A DNA stretch of 64,000 nucleotides, from contig CAVSQB010000011.1 in NCBI GenBank assembly GCA_963729895.1, positions 96,001-160,000 on the forward strand, given 5' to 3'. Numbering within the stretch: the stretch's first letter is position 1; every line of letters begins with the position of its first letter. The stretch is from an uncultured Fibrobacterota bacterium (GTDB lineage: Bacteria > Fibrobacterota > Chitinivibrionia > Chitinivibrionales > FEN-1185). The translations under genes and the position numbers were made by a program. This document shows, piece after piece, positions 1-8,989 of this stretch. Under the pieces are notes generated by a model, which worked only from the letters and a program-made list of their open reading frames with translations, searched no databases and had not been told where the DNA came from.

Positions 1-66
1 AGACCTCAAGAAATACCGCAGCGTTTTCCTTGCAGGGCCGGAAGGTTCACCCGGAGGATCGGCCGG

Positions 67-2208
67 ATGAAAAAGGAACAGCCCGCCGTTGGGGAACATG
101 TCGACCAGAAGCACGCCGAAACGCTCGCGCGCCTCTTTAATATCGCGTACAACGGTGCGGTCCTCTACGGCGGCGCCCACCAGACCACCGCGGACAGCGC
201 GGTCCCGCTTTTGAATTATCTCAGCCGGCTGATTACCGGGGAGTTCATGGTGTCGATACTTGCCGAACGCGATTCTGTCTACATAGAGAATTTTTGCGTC
301 GACAAGATCATCAACGCTCGCCGGCTCCTGCTGCATTTCCGGAAGGTGGGCCTGCAGTCGATCACGTTTTCCAAAGACGTGACGCTCGACAGCGTCAGGT
401 CGCTGCTGAAGATCCTGAGCGACCTGCAGGCGTATCCGAACGCCGAGGCAATGCAAAAAGGCCTTACCGTCGCGGGGTGTGAAGGGATCAGGCTCAATTA
501 CGTGGTGTACCGGAAGATGACGACGGATGACGCGGTTGTCAACAAGGACGCGGCTTCCCAGATCCCGGAGCCGCCGCAGGACACCTCGGTGGCGCGGCAG
601 GTGATTGATGGGCTGTCCGAAGTGATGGCCGCCAAACAAGCCGTGGACGGCCCCGCAGCCGTCGGGCAGGCCGCGGCGGGCGCGTCCGGGGCGGAAGACA
701 CCCGCCTTTCCGAGCTGCTCGACCGGCTGCGGACGATGTATGGTCGGAGCAAGGACAGCCCTTTGGACGGGGGAGGCATGAGCGGCCGCGAGATGGTAGA
801 CGCGGTTGTCAAGCTCAATAAGGAGGTTGCGGACAACCTGGACGTGATCAGGAAGACGCACCATCTCAACGAGGCGGACAACCTCGTGATCGGCGAGATT
901 GACGCGATGAGCCACGAAGTGGTGCTGCGCCTCTTGTGCGAAGAGTACAAAGCCGGCGGCGTTTCCACGCGCCGCCTTGCCCAGATCACGCGGCGCATGA
1001 TGCCCGATGTCAAGGAACTGAAGCGGATGCTGCCGCGGCTCAAAGTGGCGCTGCTGAAAGAGGGAATGCCGCAGGCGGACTACCTTGCGTTCGTGACTGA
1101 GATCCTCAAGGACCTGGAATCGGACGGGCTGTCGGGCGTATTCGAGCCGGCCGTCAAGGAAATGGGCATTTCGATGGACGAGCTGGTGGAGTCGATACGC
1201 GCCGATCCGGCCGACGCGGCGCGCCTGATTGTGCTGGCATCGGAGATACGGAAATCCTCGAAGCAGGACGACACGCAGCTTTCAACGCTGCTCACCGACT
1301 ACATCGAGAAGGTGAGCCGGTCGCTCACCCTGGATTCCAAAGACGTTGCCCAGAAAGACGGGATACATCTGCTCAAGTCGACCATCGGCAAGATCGAGGC
1401 CGACCTCGTGGAGAGGCTCAAAAACCACGGGATCCCCCAGCCCGTGCTCGACCGAGCGTCGCAGATGCTCCGGTCGCGGCTCGACGGGACGGTAAACGGG
1501 GCGCGGCGGGAATGGGCAAACCGTTTTGTCGCCTCCCTGGGGGATCTTGACGAAACGGAGTTGCTGCTGATGTTTAGGGACCTGCACCAAAATGAAAACG
1601 ACACGGCCGTGCTGCGCGAGCCGTTTGTCTCGCTGTTGAAGGAGAAGAACCGCTCCGAGGAGCAGATTGCCCAGTTCTTCGACAAAGCCAGGGTTGCGCA
1701 GGCGAAACAACAGCAAGAACTGCCCAAAGGCGTGTTGAACGTCAACGCGACCCTTTACTTCCTGGAAAGAGAGATAAAACGCCACCAGCGGTACAATACG
1801 CCGTTCAGCTCCGTGATCGTCACCGTGCCGGCGGTGAGCCCCACGCCGGGCGCTCTGCGGAGCGCGGGGGAACGGGAGCACAGGAACCTCATGCCGCAGA
1901 TTCTTGTGCATTTGCGGCGGGTATTGCGCGACCTGGACATCGTTGGTTCGCTGGGCCTGGTGTCGGGCGACGTGCCGTTTATCGTGCTGCCGATGACCGA
2001 AGGGCCCGGGGCCGCAACGGTGGTTGAGCGTTTGAAGCGGGAGCTTGGCGCCAAGGTCTTCGAGTGCGACGGCGAGCGGATCAACGGCGTGTTCGCGATT
2101 TCGCATTCGTCATTTGACAAAACAAAAATGACGGGATACCGCTCCTTTCTCGAACTGGCGCTGAGCCTTCACCGGAAGCAGGAAAAAGAAGTGGCGGGCG
2201 CGGCATGA
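67..2208 (+). CDS. Large cytoplasmic protein with a C-terminal degenerate GGDEF-like domain
   Basis: 713-aa ORF with a GGAGG RBS upstream. The C-terminus (LEREIKRHQRYNTPFS...LRDLDIVG...FIVLPMT...AATVVERL) follows the GGDEF-domain pattern but has no GG(D/E)EF motif. The middle region looks helical. Confidence 0.6.
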   Translation: MKKEQPAVGEHVDQKHAETLARLFNIAYNGAVLYGGAHQTTADSAVPLLNYLSRLITGEFMVSILAERDSVYIENFCVDKIINARRLLLHFRKVGLQSITFSKDVTLDSVRSLLKILSDLQAYPNAEAMQKGLTVAGCEGIRLNYVVYRKMTTDDAVVNKDAASQIPEPPQDTSVARQVIDGLSEVMAAKQAVDGPAAVGQAAAGASGAEDTRLSELLDRLRTMYGRSKDSPLDGGGMSGREMVDAVVKLNKEVADNLDVIRKTHHLNEADNLVIGEIDAMSHEVVLRLLCEEYKAGGVSTRRLAQITRRMMPDVKELKRMLPRLKVALLKEGMPQADYLAFVTEILKDLESDGLSGVFEPAVKEMGISMDELVESIRADPADAARLIVLASEIRKSSKQDDTQLSTLLTDYIEKVSRSLTLDSKDVAQKDGIHLLKSTIGKIEADLVERLKNHGIPQPVLDRASQMLRSRLDGTVNGARREWANRFVASLGDLDETELLLMFRDLHQNENDTAVLREPFVSLLKEKNRSEEQIAQFFDKARVAQAKQQQELPKGVLNVNATLYFLEREIKRHQRYNTPFSSVIVTVPAVSPTPGALRSAGEREHRNLMPQILVHLRRVLRDLDIVGSLGLVSGDVPFIVLPMTEGPGAATVVERLKRELGAKVFECDGERINGVFAISHSSFDKTKMTGYRSFLELALSLHRKQEKEVAGAA

Positions 2209-2276
2209 TTGCGCCGCGCGGGTTCCGCTGCCTTCGGCCGGAATGTACGGACGGGAAAAACGGCGGAGGAAAAAAA

Positions 2277-2367
2277 CGGAGGGGATAGGATTCGAACCTA
2301 CGGTAGCGGTATTAACCACTACGACGGTTTAGCAAACCGTTGCCTTCAGCCACTCGGCCACCCCTCC
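2277..2367 (-). tRNA. tRNA-Ser (anticodon GCT)
   Basis: The reverse complement reads GGAGGGGTGGCCGAGTGGCTGAAGGCAACGGTTTGCTAAACCGTCGTAGTGGTTAATACCGCTACCGTAGGTTCGAATCCTATCCCCTCCG. It has an acceptor stem, D-loop, ACGGT/ACCGT anticodon stem with GCT, a long variable arm and a GTTCGAA T-loop. CCA is not encoded. Confidence 0.97.
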
Positions 2368-2797
2368 AACAATAGCGTAACTTATTGGAGTCAATAGTGT
2401 TGTAATTTGTTGTTAAACCTGCTTATCAGGTCTTCTTGATACGTCTGCCTCAAATAACGTCAGTAAATTCTATCGCTATTTTTCGTCCGTAAAAATACAT
2501 AAAGGGGATGGTTATAGGAAGAAAAAGTGAACTGCACTATGATAATGACGGATGATTATGAGCCACAAACCATGTGGTCTTTTTACTTTGGGAAGTTCCC
2601 GTGGAAACGGCACAAAGAAGCGAAAACGAGTTCTTCGCGCTACGATATTCCAAGAGATATCCGTATTGCCTTGTGTTCCTATGCGCATAGTGCTATACTT
2701 GCAGATACTGGCCTAGCAGCTTGCCTGCAACGACTGAGTTTGTCAATTTTCTGGTGGTGGAAGTGCCGACGATTAACGGGAACAAGAACGGAACGCA

Positions 2798-2948
2798 ATG
2801 AACTACCCCGCAGGAAGCTGCGAGGTATCCAGAATCTACAACTCACCTCTTGATCCCCTCTCTTGAAAGAGAGGGGAAACCGAGCGAAGCGAGGAGGGGT
2901 GAGTTGAAGTCGAAGCAAGCTTCGAGGAATTATACCCACTGTGATTAA
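2798..2948. mobile_element. Putative non-autonomous IS200/IS605-like miniature element (PATE-like) with a nested REP-like hairpin
   Basis: The left end ATGAACTACCCCGCAGGAAGCTGCGAGGTATC and the right end CGAAGCAAGCTTCGAGGAATTATACCC carry related short hairpins resembling Y1-transposase end structures. There is no transposase ORF. Confidence 0.45.
2839..2906. repeat. REP-like branched hairpin (CTCACC...CCCCTCTC/GAGAGGGG...GGTGAG family)
   Basis: CAACTCACC (2839-2847) pairs with GGTGAGTTG (2898-2906). The inner stem is CCCCTCTCT/AGAGAGGGG (2855-2876). A related copy lies at 26121-26161. Confidence 0.65.
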
Positions 2949-2961
2949 CAAAGGCCACGCT

Positions 2962-5900
2962 ATGAGCACCAAGACACCATGCGCCACAACGATCCTTGTG
3001 GTGGAAGACGACGAACTGCTCAACAAATCAATCCGCACATTGCTTAACAAGGCAGGAATGACGTGCGAGGGGTTCTTTACCGGCGAGACGGCGCTGGAGC
3101 GGGTGTTTGAGTCGCCGGACAACGTGCTTTTGCTGCTCGATTATTCCCTGTCGGACCTCACGGCAAAGGAGGTCGTGGAGAAGGTGCGCGGCCGCGGCCT
3201 CGAAATACCGTTTGTCATTATCACCGGTCACGGCGACGAAGCGCTCGCCGTTGAATTGATGAAGCTCGGGGCGGTCGACTATATCACCAAGACCATTCAG
3301 TTTCACGAACTCCTGCCCGCAAAAATAAAGCACGCGTGCCGGGAAATAGAAGACCGGAAAAAGCTTGCCGAGGCGGAAGCCGCGGTCCAACAGGCGGCAC
3401 GGCAGGTGATAGCCTCCGAAAGCAGGTATCGGCGGCTTTTTGAATCGGCCCAGGAGGGCATCCTGATCCTTGATTACGCCACCGGGCTGGTTATTGGCGT
3501 CAACCCGTTCCTTTGCGATCTGCTTGGCAACCCCAGGCAGCATTTTCTCGGAAAGCATTTCTGGCAATTGGGCGTATTCAAAGACATCGCGGCATCCAAG
3601 GAATCTTTTGTCGAACTGCAGAAGAAAAAGTACGTCCGCTATGAAGACCTGCCGCTCAAAACGTCCGACGGACGGGGAATCGAGGTGGAATTTGTTTCCA
3701 ATGTGTATCTGGTTGACGGCAAGGAAGTGATCCAGTGCAATATGCGCGACATCACCATGCGCAAGAAAGCAGAGGAGTCATTAAAGAGGAGCGAAGCCCA
3801 ACTCCGCGCCGTCCTCGATACGGCGCCGTTTCCCGTTGCCATGGTCGACTCAAATTACGACAAAATTCTCTTCTGGAGCAGCAGCGCGCTCGCGCTTTTC
3901 GGCCACACAGCACCGACCTCAGCGGAGTGGTACAAGATAGCATACCCTGACCCACAGTACCGGCAGGAGGTGGTGAACCGGTGGAAACCGTTTGTGGAGG
4001 AGGCGCGGTCGACCGGCGAAGCGGTCAATGCCGGGGAGTATCGGGTGATGTGCAGCAACGGGTCGGTGCGTGTTTGCGAGCTTTTCGCTTCTTTCGTGGC
4101 AGATAATCTGGTTGTAACGTTCAATGACATCACCGAGCGCAAGCAGGTCGAGAGCGCGCTGCGCGAGAGCGAGGAAAAATTCAGAAACCTCTTCAACAAC
4201 GCTGAAGTGGGAATGTTCCGGACCCGTCTCGACGGGTCGATGTTTCTGGACTTGAACGAAAAGTACGTATCCATACTCGGCGGAACACGCGAGGAGCTAC
4301 TTGGCAGTTCATCGGCTGACTTCTGGGGCGACCCGGATGCGCGGGAAGAAATGGTCAGGACACTCAAGGCAAAGGGTCATGTTGAAAACCTGGAGTTCAG
4401 GCTGGTGCGAAAAGACGGCAAAATCATTGACTGCGTAACGTCCGTAAGGCTCAATCCGGAACAGGGAGTTCTGGAAGGGTCGCTAATTGACATCACCGAC
4501 CGCAAGCGTGCGCATGAGGAACTGCGCGAGAGCGACGAAAAATACCGGAGCCTTGTGGACGGTGCCAACGAGGCCATTCTCGTGGTGCAGGACGGCATGC
4601 TCAGATTCGTCAACCGCAAGGCAGTGGAAATCGCGGGCTATTCGGAAGCGGACCTTACGGGAAGACCTTTTTCGGAATTTGTATTTCCCGATGATCTGCA
4701 GATGGTGGCGGAAAATTATGTGAAACGGATAAAGGGCGACCCTGCGCCATCGAGATATGAATTCCGGCTGCTGGCTGCTGACAAAGGCGCCAGATGGGTG
4801 GAAATAAACGCGGTCCTTATTGATTGGAACGGCAAGCCCGCCACACTGAATTTCCTCACCAACATCACGGAGCGCAAGCGGGTGGAGGAGGATCTAAAGA
4901 CCAGTAAGGAACAATTGTCACAAGCCCTTGACATTGCCCGTCTTGGCCCTTGGGAATATGACGTGCCCAAGGATCTTTTCACCTTCAATGACAATTTTTA
5001 CAGGATGTTTCGCACTTCGGCGGCACAGGTAGGCGGTTATTCGATGTCGTCCGCCGAATATGCGCGGCGCTTCGTCCATCCGGACGACAGACTGATGGTA
5101 GGCGAAGAAGTCCGGAAAGCAATCGAAGCGACCGATCCGAATTTCAGCCGTCAACTGGAACATCGTATACTGTATGCCGACGGAACGGAAGGCTATATAA
5201 GCGTCCGCTTCTTTATTATCAAGAACGCTCAAGGTCAAACGGTCAGGACGCACGGGGTTAACCAGGACAGCACCGATCGCAAGCAGGCCGAGACAGCGCT
5301 GCGCGAGAGCGAGGAGCGATATCGCACGCTATTCGATGACGCCAAGGATGGTATCGCGCTTGCCGATTCCGAAACAGGAAAAATAGTCGAGTGCAACCAG
5401 GCATTGTGCACCATGGTTGGCATGGACAAAACGGAACTTGTCGGGCAGATGCAGTCGATCATTCATCCGCCGCAGAATCTTGTCAGAGGACAATCGGCGG
5501 CATTTGTGCGGCACAAAACAGGCGATGCGGGTATTACAGTCGAAGACCAGATCATTTCCAAAACCGGTACATTGACGCCGGTGGAAATCAGGGCCGCGCG
5601 GGTCAGCATGAACAACCGCGACTACATGCTGGGCATCTTCCGGGACATCTCCGAGCGCAAGAAGCATCAAACCGAGAAGGATGTTCTCCAGAACCAGCTT
5701 CTCCAGGCCCAGAAAATGGAAGCAATAGGCGTGTTGGCCGGCGGCGTCGCTCACGATTTCAACAACCTGCTCACCGCAATTTCCGGGTACACCACCATGG
5801 CCATGGGAAAAATAGACGAATCCGATCCCGTGCAACGGGACCTGAAACAAGTGAGCATCGCGGCAACAAAGGCCGCAGGCGTCACGCGCCAGCTCCTTCT

Positions 5901-6858
5901 TTTCAGCAGGAAACAGCACATGGATCCGGTGCCTATGGACCTTAACGCCACCATCAGCCGCATGCTCAAAATGCTCGAAAGGATCATCGGGGAGGACATC
6001 GTCATTGAGACCGGCCTGGGACCGGACATCCGGCGTATTGTGGGCGATGAGGGTAATATCGAGCAGGTGCTCATGAACCTGTCGGTAAACGCAAGGGACG
6101 CAATGCCGGGAGGCGGGAAACTATTCATCAAGACCGAGAATGTAACTATGGATGACGGCAACTGCCGCAGGAACAAAACGGCGCGTCCCGGGCGCTTTGT
6201 CTGCCTGTCGATATCGGACACCGGCACAGGCATGGACGAGCTGACGCAGCAGCACATTTTCGAGCCGTTTTTCACTACCAAGCCGGAGGGCAAGGGAACA
6301 GGGCTCGGATTGTCCGTGGTGTTCGGCATCGTCGAGCAGCACCAGGGCTGGATAAACGTTTACAGCGAACCGGGTCACGGTACCACGTTCAAAGTTTACT
6401 TTCCGTCTTCATCAGCCACGCCCAAACAAATAACCGTGGAGGAGGCCTCCATAGCTTCGTTGGAGGGAAAAGGCGAGCGCATCATGGTCGTTGAGGACCA
6501 GTCCCAGGTGCGTGCCATCGCAAAGGAAATACTGTCGACAAACGGCTATTCGGTGTTCCCGGTTGCAAGCGCGCAAGAGGCGAAGGACCTGTTCGAAAGG
6601 GAAAGCGGTAAATTCGACCTGGTGTTCAGCGATGTCGTTCTTCCCGATACGTCGGGGGTGTTGCTGGTGCAGGATCTGCTTACGCGCGGGAAATTCGGCG
6701 TTATCATCACGAGCGGCTACACGGATGAAAAAGCGAACTGGGAATTTATAAAGGAGAACAACTTCCGCTTTTTGCACAAGCCGTATGCCGTGGGCGATCT
6801 TTTGCAGGCGGTGAAGGAAGTGCTGGGGAAAAGAAAAGTTGAAAAGTTGAATGGTTGA
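2962..6858 (+). CDS. Hybrid sensor histidine kinase (REC - 6x PAS - HisKA/HATPase - REC)
   Basis: N-terminal receiver (VVEDD...LLDY...ITG...K), six PAS repeats mostly ending in DITER-type linkers, H-box VAHDFNN, N-box NLSVNARDAM, G-boxes DTGTG and GKGTGLGL, and a C-terminal receiver. ATG 2962 is preferred over GTG 2941. Confidence 0.95.
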   Translation: MSTKTPCATTILVVEDDELLNKSIRTLLNKAGMTCEGFFTGETALERVFESPDNVLLLLDYSLSDLTAKEVVEKVRGRGLEIPFVIITGHGDEALAVELMKLGAVDYITKTIQFHELLPAKIKHACREIEDRKKLAEAEAAVQQAARQVIASESRYRRLFESAQEGILILDYATGLVIGVNPFLCDLLGNPRQHFLGKHFWQLGVFKDIAASKESFVELQKKKYVRYEDLPLKTSDGRGIEVEFVSNVYLVDGKEVIQCNMRDITMRKKAEESLKRSEAQLRAVLDTAPFPVAMVDSNYDKILFWSSSALALFGHTAPTSAEWYKIAYPDPQYRQEVVNRWKPFVEEARSTGEAVNAGEYRVMCSNGSVRVCELFASFVADNLVVTFNDITERKQVESALRESEEKFRNLFNNAEVGMFRTRLDGSMFLDLNEKYVSILGGTREELLGSSSADFWGDPDAREEMVRTLKAKGHVENLEFRLVRKDGKIIDCVTSVRLNPEQGVLEGSLIDITDRKRAHEELRESDEKYRSLVDGANEAILVVQDGMLRFVNRKAVEIAGYSEADLTGRPFSEFVFPDDLQMVAENYVKRIKGDPAPSRYEFRLLAADKGARWVEINAVLIDWNGKPATLNFLTNITERKRVEEDLKTSKEQLSQALDIARLGPWEYDVPKDLFTFNDNFYRMFRTSAAQVGGYSMSSAEYARRFVHPDDRLMVGEEVRKAIEATDPNFSRQLEHRILYADGTEGYISVRFFIIKNAQGQTVRTHGVNQDSTDRKQAETALRESEERYRTLFDDAKDGIALADSETGKIVECNQALCTMVGMDKTELVGQMQSIIHPPQNLVRGQSAAFVRHKTGDAGITVEDQIISKTGTLTPVEIRAARVSMNNRDYMLGIFRDISERKKHQTEKDVLQNQLLQAQKMEAIGVLAGGVAHDFNNLLTAISGYTTMAMGKIDESDPVQRDLKQVSIAATKAAGVTRQLLLFSRKQHMDPVPMDLNATISRMLKMLERIIGEDIVIETGLGPDIRRIVGDEGNIEQVLMNLSVNARDAMPGGGKLFIKTENVTMDDGNCRRNKTARPGRFVCLSISDTGTGMDELTQQHIFEPFFTTKPEGKGTGLGLSVVFGIVEQHQGWINVYSEPGHGTTFKVYFPSSSATPKQITVEEASIASLEGKGERIMVVEDQSQVRAIAKEILSTNGYSVFPVASAQEAKDLFERESGKFDLVFSDVVLPDTSGVLLVQDLLTRGKFGVIITSGYTDEKANWEFIKENNFRFLHKPYAVGDLLQAVKEVLGKRKVEKLNG

Positions 6859-6948
6859 AAGCAATAAAGGGAAGCCCATCTCTCCTTTGTTTGTAAAGGT
6901 GAATAAAATGAACAAATCAAAAGTGCTCAATGCGGATGGGATGCTGAG

Positions 6949-8496
6949 TCAACCTTTCGTTTCTTCCCTACGATTGTAGAAATGCAACAGCACCAGCACT
7001 CCCGCCGCGACCAGGTACATGAGGGCAAACGGGCCGGCCGCGCCGGGTGCAAGGTGATCCACAACGCCTGCCTGCGGAATGAGCCTGTACCCGTGCATGA
7101 GGCCGAAATACGCCATGACGGCGCCGGCCAGCATCCACGCCGCCGCCTTTACAAACCGGCGTTCTATCACAAAGACCATCATCGACGACAGCACCATGGA
7201 AGTGAGCATAAAGCCCTGGCTCAGCGAAATGATGCCGTAGATAAAGAGGTCGCCGCCGAACCTTGGGGCGACGTCGAACAGGCCGGTGCCGGCCTTTTGG
7301 AGCGCCGTATTTATAAGCAGTAATGCCCACGACGCAAGCGCTGGTACCAGCCCGAGCGCAACGGCGAGCGAATGCTTCTTTGGAACCTCCTGAAACGCCT
7401 GCGCGGTTATGATGATGCCGATCCACACCAGAATGCCGATCATGGCTTCCATGGGGACAATTTTGAGGATCAGCGTAACGCCGCCGATAAGGCAGAGGAT
7501 GGTGATCACGAACCCGTTGAGAACCGAGTATCCCCATCGCGCGCCCATCGCTTTCCACCCGGGATGGCCTATGTAAATGGTGGTGGGAAACGGGCTGCCG
7601 AGGCATGCCGCAACCGCCGATCCCAGCGCGTTTACAAGAAGCGACGGCCTGGTCTCGTACCGGTCGCCTGCGGCCTCGGCGCTTTCGAGGTTCTGCAGCG
7701 AGCCCACCACGTTGAACAGGGCCATGGGAAAAATCACGGAAAAATATTTCCAGCCCTGGCCGTCCCGCAGAAAGACCAGCATGTCGCCAAACGCAGTATG
7801 CGGGAAGTAAATATGGAAGCGGTAGGGATCGGTGAGCGGCTGGAAATAGTTGAACCCCAGCGCCCGCAGCGCCCATGCCGTAATCACGCCCGCCAACACC
7901 GCGACAAAACCTCCTGGAAGCCCGAGCGGCAATTTTATCCGGCCGCCGTAGGTAAAAAGGACCAGGAACATGGGCACCAGGGCAAGGACGGGCTTGGCAA
8001 AAATCTGAAACACGAATCCCATGGAAATAAAGGTGATTGCGATGCCGGCCAGTGTTGACAAAAGAGCTGCGCGCGGGGTGTGGCGCCGCACCCAGTCGCC
8101 GGCAAACGCGCCGATGGTTTCCAGTACCGCGCTCGCCAGACATGCAAAGAGGCCGGCCTGCCAGGCGATCGCGGCGTTTTTGGTGGCGAGATAAATTGGC
8201 ATGATAATAAGGAACACATAGGCGATGAGGCTGACGGTGTTGATGCCGTAGGGAAGGGCGGTGACGTCGGTGCGCCCGGTTCGTGCCGCAAGCCTGCGCG
8301 CCTGCCAGGCGTAATACATATTGCCGAAAAGAATGGATAGCGCCGCGCCTGGCATGATCCTGCCGTACAAAAGCGATCCGGGCATTCCGCAGCACTGGGT
8401 GCAGAATACGGCGATAAGCATCAGTTGCAGCAGGTTGTCGACAAAAAGTCCGAAAAACCCGTCAATATCGCCGCGGGAAAACCATCCGATTGTCAT
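6949..8496 (-). CDS. NCS2-like (xanthine/uracil/AzgA-related) permease
   Basis: Polytopic membrane protein with motifs GDIDGFFGL, TALPYGIN, ESAEAAGD and YIGHPGWKAMG. ATG 8496 is the likely start; the ORF extends to 8553. Confidence 0.8.
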   Translation of the reverse strand: MTIGWFSRGDIDGFFGLFVDNLLQLMLIAVFCTQCCGMPGSLLYGRIMPGAALSILFGNMYYAWQARRLAARTGRTDVTALPYGINTVSLIAYVFLIIMPIYLATKNAAIAWQAGLFACLASAVLETIGAFAGDWVRRHTPRAALLSTLAGIAITFISMGFVFQIFAKPVLALVPMFLVLFTYGGRIKLPLGLPGGFVAVLAGVITAWALRALGFNYFQPLTDPYRFHIYFPHTAFGDMLVFLRDGQGWKYFSVIFPMALFNVVGSLQNLESAEAAGDRYETRPSLLVNALGSAVAACLGSPFPTTIYIGHPGWKAMGARWGYSVLNGFVITILCLIGGVTLILKIVPMEAMIGILVWIGIIITAQAFQEVPKKHSLAVALGLVPALASWALLLINTALQKAGTGLFDVAPRFGGDLFIYGIISLSQGFMLTSMVLSSMMVFVIERRFVKAAAWMLAGAVMAYFGLMHGYRLIPQAGVVDHLAPGAAGPFALMYLVAAGVLVLLHFYNRREETKG

Positions 8497-8605
8497 GCTA
8501 CCGTCCTTATGTTCCGTGAAAGGGCGCATACCTAATATGAATGTATCCGGCACCGTAAGGCAAATTTCCGCTTCGCGGTTTCAAAACTGCGGACGTTTTC
8601 CCATC

Positions 8606-8622
8606 TTTATGCTTTCCTTATG
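8606..8622 (+). promoter_or_regulatory. Putative KdpE binding box
   Basis: TTTATGCTTTCCTTATG resembles the E. coli KdpE site (TTTATACTTTTTTTACA) and lies upstream of the kdp operon. Confidence 0.5.
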
Positions 8623-8780
8623 GGTTTGACCCTTCTTTTTAGGTTTTCCCAATACAAGATGCCGTAATTTTAATAAACGGTGGGAACCGGATGGCCGGAA
8701 GGCCGCCCGGGATTGTAGGGTTCATATCATTTCCGGCACACGCTTTGCGGTTATTGATGCCTCAAAAGGGAGAACGATGC

Positions 8781-8876
8781 ATGAATCTCATACTATGGAT
8801 GTCGGGAATGTTCGTGCTGGGAATACTTTCAATGGAATTGTGTTTCCTTTTCATTAGGGCGTGCGAAAAAATATGA
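8781..8876 (+). CDS. Small hydrophobic peptide (31 aa) preceding kdpF
   Basis: MNLILWMSGMFVLGILSMELCFLFIRACEKI, with an AAGGGAG RBS upstream and one TM-like segment. It is the first ORF of the kdp operon. Confidence 0.65.
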   Translation: MNLILWMSGMFVLGILSMELCFLFIRACEKI

Positions 8877-8886
8877 GGCGGTCAAA

Positions 8887-8967
8887 ATGATTTTTCTATC
8901 TGCGGGTATCGCGTTTTTCCTGTTGATCTACCTTTTTGTTGCGCTTATCAGGCCGGAATGGTTCTGA
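8887..8967 (+). CDS. kdpF: K+-transporting ATPase subunit F
   Basis: Read by hand (absent from the ORF track): MIFLSAGIAFFLLIYLFVALIRPEWF. It has the KdpF C-terminal YL..AL..PE.F signature and a GAGG RBS upstream. Confidence 0.9.
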   Translation: MIFLSAGIAFFLLIYLFVALIRPEWF

Positions 8968-8989
8968 CACAAATAGACTTGAGGGTTCC

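Noticed and set aside
2209..2397. 62-aa ORF
   Set aside because: It is the antisense reading of tRNA-Ser.
2527..2853. 108-aa ORF in the AT-richer intergenic region
   Set aside because: It has no recognisable motif and runs into the repeat element; probably spurious.
6968..8395. 475-aa alternative-frame ORF
   Set aside because: It is an Arg-rich shadow frame overlapping the permease, typical of GC-rich DNA.
8640..8780. c-di-AMP (ydaO) riboswitch upstream of kdp
   Set aside because: The conserved ydaO sequence blocks could not be found.
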